Shown piece after piece: positions 6,957-11,450 of a DNA stretch of 11,450 bases. The DNA lies in contig JBMSQQ010000103.1 in assembly GCA_049423385.1 (NCBI GenBank), forward strand, positions 1-11,450, given 5' to 3'. How positions within the stretch are numbered: position 1 is the first letter of the stretch; every line of letters begins with the position of its first letter. Both the position numbers and the translations under genes were made by a program. Origin of the DNA: Silvanigrellaceae bacterium (GTDB taxonomy: Bacteria; Bdellovibrionota_B; Oligoflexia; Silvanigrellales; Silvanigrellaceae). The notes below the pieces were generated by a model that had not been told where the DNA came from, ran no database searches, and saw only the letters and a list, made by a program, of their open reading frames with translations.

Positions 6957-8978
6957 TTAAATTCCGGTTTCGCCCGGTCTGAGTGGCACAACCTCGATGT
7001 CGGCGCCAAGGGCTTCCAGTTTTTTCAGCAAAGGCCTGCCGCGAAGCTCAGCCTGTTTGGCTTGCCATCTCTTCGCCTCTTCGGCTTGTTCAACCGCCGC
7101 AAGGCTCACTCCCTCGCTTGATCGATGGTGGTCTATCAGCTCATTTTTTTTTTGATCGGCTGTTTTGCCTGTTTTGGGTCCAAAGGGGTCATTCAGGCTG
7201 AGGCTGGCAATGGCCTCCATCGTTTTGCCCACAGCGCGAGTTTTGGAGCTGGTCGTGGCTGGAGGTGTTGTTGCCCTGCTTTGATGTGGACCGTTGTCTG
7301 CCAATGAACGTTGGTTAACCGCTTCCACGGAGGAGGACTGTTTAGGCGGCTGACTTTGCTGCTTCAGGGCATATTTTTTGGGGAGCTCGAGACCTTCGAT
7401 TTGGCAGTCCACATAACCCAATGCTTGAATTGCAGACAGAAAAAGCTCGGCCTCTGGCTCGGAAAGCTGGGCAAAGAGCTTGTTCTCGGCACAGTCGGTG
7501 AATGTGATTTTGTTTTTGTTGAACTGCGCGAGCTTGGCATGCTTGAGTTTGACTGAAAGTTGAAGGTTCTTTTCCTGGATGTGGGCAATCAGTTGGGAGT
7601 ATGCATCCAGCATTCCGCCTGGGGTCGTTGCCGGTGAACTCACTTCGACAACGGGTTTGACTTCATTTTTAACAGGCTTCGTTGTCGTCGGGCCTTGGAC
7701 GTTGGTGGTTTGAGGCTTAGACGTCACCAATGGCGCATTCGGCTGCAGGATTGGGTTGGCTGCTGTTGTTGCAGCCGCCATCGAGTGGACGAGCAAGCTG
7801 CTCAAGTCATCGGACGACAACCACTCTGTGCGACTGATACAATCCATGATGGTGATTTCTGCCCACGCCCGCTGCGAATTCGTCCGCAGGATATCTCTCG
7901 AGGCATGTGCCAAGGCTCTGTAAATTTCTATCAATGCGACCAGCGAAGCTCGATCCGAAAGACGACCTATAAATTCTTTTTCCGCCGGCAATAGATTGAG
8001 GATTTCGTTGGTTCTTGTCTCTGCACCTGCAGGTTGCTTGGCTTGTTTGAGCACAATTGCACTGCGAAAGATGTTTGACGTCTGCTCAAGGATATTCGCA
8101 AAGTCGAGGCTTGATGAATCCGCTTCGGCAATGGCCTGCAAGCAGGCATCCGCATCTTTGGCGAGAATTCCCTCGAAAAGATTCTGGCAAATCCCTTCAC
8201 CCATGACGCTCAGCGCGGCTTTGGCTGAATCGAAAGTCACTGACCTGTGCGAGCCCAAGGCCAAAACCTGCTCAAGAAGGCTCAATGAATCGCGCAAACT
8301 GCCCTTGGCCTCACGGGCGATGAGTTGCAGGGCATGCTGCTCAAATTCAATGCCATCTTTTTCAAGCAGAGCTGCAAGGTGTTTGGCGATTGTTGCGGGA
8401 TCGATTTTTCGGAACGACAAGATCATGCATCTTGATCGCACTGTCACGGGGACCTTGTGCAATTCAGTCGTTGCCAAAATAAAGATGACTTGTGGAGGTG
8501 GTTCCTCGAGGGTTTTGAGCAGGGCGTTGAATGCGCCAATGCTCAGCATGTGAACTTCGTCGATGATAAAAATCTTGTAGCGGCTCGACTGGGGAAAGAA
8601 CCGCGCGGATTCGCGCAGCTCGCGTACGTTGTCCACACCCGTATGGGATGCGCCGTCGATCTCGAAAACATCCTCGTGCGCGCAAGCCGTGATTTGGACA
8701 CAATGAGTGCAGGTCTGGCAGGGATGGAGAGTCGGGCCTTTTTCGCAACAAAGCGATTTTGCCAGGATGCGGGCGCTTGAGGTTTTACCTGTTCCACGCG
8801 TTCCGGTGAACAGAAATGCGTGCGGAATCCGGCCGCTCGATACCATGCCTTCGATGGCTTTCACGGCAGATTCCTGGCCAACAAGCTCTGCAAAGCTTTG
8901 CGGACGTGTCCTGCGCGCAAGCACCTGGTACTCGCGACTGCCGGAGCTGGGTTCTGTATCTGCAAAACCTTCGAACAT
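6957..8978 (-). CDS. dnaX: DNA polymerase III subunit gamma/tau
   Basis: YQVLARRTRPQSFAELVGQE, Walker A GTRGTGKT, zinc module CCEKGPTLHPCQTCTHC, EIDGAS, Walker B IIDEVHMLS, AFNALLKTLEEPP, SRC motif, GSLRDSLSLLEQ; then a P/T-rich linker and a tau-like C-terminus. Confidence 0.97.
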   Translation of the reverse strand: MFEGFADTEPSSGSREYQVLARRTRPQSFAELVGQESAVKAIEGMVSSGRIPHAFLFTGTRGTGKTSSARILAKSLCCEKGPTLHPCQTCTHCVQITACAHEDVFEIDGASHTGVDNVRELRESARFFPQSSRYKIFIIDEVHMLSIGAFNALLKTLEEPPPQVIFILATTELHKVPVTVRSRCMILSFRKIDPATIAKHLAALLEKDGIEFEQHALQLIAREAKGSLRDSLSLLEQVLALGSHRSVTFDSAKAALSVMGEGICQNLFEGILAKDADACLQAIAEADSSSLDFANILEQTSNIFRSAIVLKQAKQPAGAETRTNEILNLLPAEKEFIGRLSDRASLVALIEIYRALAHASRDILRTNSQRAWAEITIMDCISRTEWLSSDDLSSLLVHSMAAATTAANPILQPNAPLVTSKPQTTNVQGPTTTKPVKNEVKPVVEVSSPATTPGGMLDAYSQLIAHIQEKNLQLSVKLKHAKLAQFNKNKITFTDCAENKLFAQLSEPEAELFLSAIQALGYVDCQIEGLELPKKYALKQQSQPPKQSSSVEAVNQRSLADNGPHQSRATTPPATTSSKTRAVGKTMEAIASLSLNDPFGPKTGKTADQKKNELIDHHRSSEGVSLAAVEQAEEAKRWQAKQAELRGRPLLKKLEALGADIEVVPLRPGETGI
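7136..7154 (-). promoter_or_regulatory. Candidate programmed slippage/frameshift site in dnaX (A10 followed by stops in both shifted frames)
   Basis: Minus strand CAA AAA AAA AAT GAG CTG (T-run 7144-7153 on +). One extra A reads CAA AAA AAA AAA TGA; one fewer reads CAA AAA AAA ATG AGC TGA. Confidence 0.65.
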
Positions 8979-9003
8979 CCCTGACCATCCAGAAATAAAA
9001 AAA

Positions 9004-9127
9004 CCGCTACGAGGGGCGACTAGAAGATGGGCCTACCTGTTGTGACCAGTACCGTTGCTGCCTTCCGGCCCTGGCGGGGTTGGATGGACACACCATCAGA
9101 CGTCCTCTAGCCACCTCTCCTAGCGGC
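9004..9127 (-). ncRNA. ffs: Signal recognition particle RNA (bacterial small SRP / 4.5S)
   Basis: The minus strand contains CCGCCAGGGCCGGAAGGCAGCAACGG (domain IV with GGAA tetraloop, CAGG/AGCA internal loop). The ends pair (CCGCTA...TAGCGG) into a long rod. It sits directly upstream of dnaX, a known synteny. End coordinates are approximate. Confidence 0.93.
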
Positions 9128-9136
9128 TTCACATCA

Positions 9137-9165
9137 GGGCTAGACTCAAACACATGGCGGGTCAA
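9137..9165 (-). promoter_or_regulatory. Possible sigma70-type promoter for ffs
   Basis: Minus strand TTGACC (9165-9160), 17-nt spacer, TAGCCC, about 10 nt before the ffs 5' stem. The -35 is good, the -10 is poor. Confidence 0.3.
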
Positions 9166-9260
9166 GTCTTGCCAGAATCAGACCGGTCCGGGACCTGTAA
9201 AATAATCAAAATGCACCTTAAATAGGCATAAAGGGATGACCCGTTTTTTGACACCCTTGC

Positions 9261-9287
9261 TGCAGTTTCAAACATTCAGGCCGATCC
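9261..9287 (+). promoter_or_regulatory. Putative sigma28 (FliA) promoter of the MCP gene
   Basis: TGCAGTTT-N11-GCCGATCC versus the consensus TAAAGTTT-N11-GCCGATAA: 6/8 and 6/8 with exact spacing, 46 nt before a chemoreceptor start. Confidence 0.55.
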
Positions 9288-9333
9288 CACAGTGAGATCC
9301 CGGAAATCGGGACCGATCAAACTGGAGGTCGTC

Positions 9334-10746
9334 ATGAAACTCAAGCACTGGGGGCAGAATCTGCGCGTTCTTTTCGCGCTGATCGTTTGCCTGCCGATTG
9401 CCATATTTGGCTCAGTGACTTGGTTTGGCTTCAACATCATCGCGGACCTGGTTGATGTGGCCAAGAAGTCCATTGTCGAGCTGCCAGCCGACAAAGGAAT
9501 AGAAGTTGCCAACCTGTTGGCACGCGTCCACGATCGTTCAGAGTTTGTGATGCTTTTTGTTCCACTGGTGTCCGCGGCACTTGTGGTCACGATTTATGCA
9601 TTTCTTCTGACGAAGTTTTTTGGCCGGCTGACGAGCAGGAGTTATCAAGTGGTCAGCTCGCGCGACCAGATGAGCAAGCTCACCGACAAGCTTTCCCAGA
9701 CATCAGAAAAAATCGAGCTCAGTTCGCAGCAGAGCGTTGCAGCGGTCGACCAGTCTGTTGTTCAGCTCGAAATCATTTCCAACGCAATTCAAAAAATGAA
9801 TGCAGAGGTCCGCGAGGCCGACAAAAGTGCGCGCTCAGCCGTTGAACTATCTGAAAAGAGTGAATCGGAATTGAAGTACGTTATTGATTCTCTCTCGGGT
9901 CTCGTGAAGCAAAGTAAAAAACTTGAAGAAATCACGGGTCTTATTGAATCCATCGCATTTCAAACAAATATTCTTGCCGTCAACGCTGCTGTTGAGGCAG
10001 CCCGTGCGGGTGACCAGGGACGAGGTTTTGCAATTGTCGCGGAGGCTGTGCGAAACCTTGCCCAGACGAGCTCCAATTCTGCCAAGAACATTTCAACTCT
10101 GATTCGTGAAAGTGGCGAGACCTCAAAACGTGCCATTGAGTCCATCCGGACTGGTACGGATGGGCTTGCCTCAACCTTGAATGAGATTCGTAGATCACAG
10201 AGTCTGATTGGCTCGGTGGTTTCAGCGAATGGCGAACTCTCCGAATCAATGGCACGCATGGGCCATTCTCTCAATCAACTCGAATCAACTTCAAAATTCA
10301 TTGCGCTTGCCGCAGAAGAAGCCCATCAAACCCGCAACGACTTTGCAACGTGCATGCATGATGCAAAGCTGACATTTGAGGGACTTGGAACCTCGATTCT
10401 TCACATGGAAAGCATTTCCACGGAGACTGCAAAGTCATCTCAGGACAAGGCTCCTGGCATCGAAACACAAGCACCCCCGGCAGAATTTCAGTCGCATGAG
10501 CGGACGGCAACAAACCTGAGGACAAATGTTCAGTCCGCTTCAGCTCATCCAGTTCAATTCAGACCAGACATACAAAAGAAAGCCGCCGCCAAGCCGTTCA
10601 ACGCCCAAGCCACGACAACTCAAAAAGCCACAGCGTCTGCGAGATTTTCGGGAAAACCTCGAGCGCGGGACCTGATACCGTTTGAAGGCGAATCGGAAAG
10701 CGAAAATGTGGGCGACTCGAGGATCGGTAACATTTCGGGATTTTAA
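9334..10746 (+). CDS. Methyl-accepting chemotaxis protein (470 aa)
   Basis: ATG 9334 with GGAGG at 9324-9328. Two TM segments, then the signalling hairpin [40 protein letters not shown], a low-complexity linker, and the C-terminus [23 protein letters not shown]. Confidence 0.95.
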   Translation: MKLKHWGQNLRVLFALIVCLPIAIFGSVTWFGFNIIADLVDVAKKSIVELPADKGIEVANLLARVHDRSEFVMLFVPLVSAALVVTIYAFLLTKFFGRLTSRSYQVVSSRDQMSKLTDKLSQTSEKIELSSQQSVAAVDQSVVQLEIISNAIQKMNAEVREADKSARSAVELSEKSESELKYVIDSLSGLVKQSKKLEEITGLIESIAFQTNILAVNAAVEAARAGDQGRGFAIVAEAVRNLAQTSSNSAKNISTLIRESGETSKRAIESIRTGTDGLASTLNEIRRSQSLIGSVVSANGELSESMARMGHSLNQLESTSKFIALAAEEAHQTRNDFATCMHDAKLTFEGLGTSILHMESISTETAKSSQDKAPGIETQAPPAEFQSHERTATNLRTNVQSASAHPVQFRPDIQKKAAAKPFNAQATTTQKATASARFSGKPRARDLIPFEGESESENVGDSRIGNISGF

Positions 10747-10774
10747 ATCGGGAAAAGTAGACGAGAGGATTGCA

Positions 10775-11450
10775 ATGAAACAGTTGAGCTGCGTATTCAC
10801 CTTGGTTGCCCTGGCCACTTGGAGTCCCCTTGCCAAAGCGGAAAGCGGGCGTGGTCCCGATTTGACAATTGTGACCGACGCCGAGCAGTCGAGAAATTTG
10901 GAACGTGAAAAAGATCGTGCAAGGGAGTCGGAAGCGAAACCTGTTTCCAGCCATGCGGGTGGAGGCAAATCACCACGCGACTCGCTTGAAATGCTTCGAC
11001 AGGGAAATCAGAGATTTGTGGACAACAAAATGACCGCACCGCGCCGAGACGAAAAAACTCGCAGCGAATTGACGTCTTCGCAGCGTCCGTTTGCAATCGT
11101 GCTTTCGTGCTCTGATTCCAGGGTACCACCTGAAGTCTTGTTTGATCAGGGCCTGGGCGACGTGTTTGTTGTGCGCACCGCAGGCCATGTGCTCGATCCT
11201 GGTCCGATTGCGAGCATCGAATACGCCCTCGAACATCTGGGATCGCGCCTGATTGTGGTCATGGGCCACGAGTCGTGTGGAGCCGTCAAGGCAGCTTTTT
11301 CAACTCCGCCGGGAAAGTCTGCCGGTTCCGTCGACCTCGACAGGTTGGTTGGCAAAATCAGGCCTTATCTTTCCTCCATCAAGCCATCCAGCTCCGACAA
11401 GCTCTTTCGCGGACCGGTGAAGGCAAACACAGCCGGGGTCGCGCGTGAGC
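10775..11450 (+). CDS. Beta-class carbonic anhydrase with N-terminal signal peptide, 3'-truncated by the window edge
   Basis: Not in the ORF track (no stop in the window). Manual translation from ATG 10775 (GAGGA upstream): MKQLSCVFTLVALATWSPLAKA-ESG...LRQGNQRFV...QRPFAIVLSCSDSRVPPEVLFDQGLGDVFVVRTAGH...SIEYALEHLGSRLIVVMGHESCGAVKAA. It has the CxDxR and HxxC zinc ligands. Confidence 0.95.
   Translation, partial: MKQLSCVFTLVALATWSPLAKAESGRGPDLTIVTDAEQSRNLEREKDRARESEAKPVSSHAGGGKSPRDSLEMLRQGNQRFVDNKMTAPRRDEKTRSELTSSQRPFAIVLSCSDSRVPPEVLFDQGLGDVFVVRTAGHVLDPGPIASIEYALEHLGSRLIVVMGHESCGAVKAAFSTPPGKSAGSVDLDRLVGKIRPYLSSIKPSSSDKLFRGPVKANTAGVARE

Noticed and set aside
7372..7384. CCCC-AAAAAA (ELPKKY) in dnaX as a second frameshift site
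   Set aside because: Only six A, the register does not fit X XXY YYZ, and it is too short for efficient polymerase slippage.
374..11355. Remaining short ORFs in the six-frame track overlapping the called genes
   Set aside because: They lie antisense or out of frame within confidently identified genes and show no recognisable motif or RBS.

Overview
Core-genome window from a motile Gram-negative bacterium. A Bdellovibrionota/deltaproteobacteria-like lineage is a soft inference from gene content. Left to right: the 3' part of a delta-60/DUF5122-type beta-propeller repeat gene (+); a 64-codon orphan ORF and an unusually long csrA (-); a tightly packed yfgM-like, bamB-like, ybeY, CNNM/CBS/HlyC-CorC operon (+); a standalone 113-aa hyper-acidic protein, dnaX and the SRP RNA ffs (all -); a methyl-accepting chemotaxis protein and a signal-peptide-bearing beta-carbonic anhydrase that runs off the window (+, missed by the ORF track). 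No mobile element, CRISPR array or tRNA/rRNA was seen. The most notable observations are (1) an A10 run late in dnaX with immediate stops in both shifted frames, a candidate slippage site making a gamma subunit; (2) the poly-D/E protein with its own RBS and terminator directly behind dnaX; (3) a CsrA-type ANGGAN hairpin over csrA's own RBS, in a CsrA lacking the FliW-contact Asn55 and carrying a long tail; and (4) a nearly sensor-less MCP coupled to an exported beta-carbonic anhydrase behind a sigma28-like promoter. No database searches or folding programs were run.
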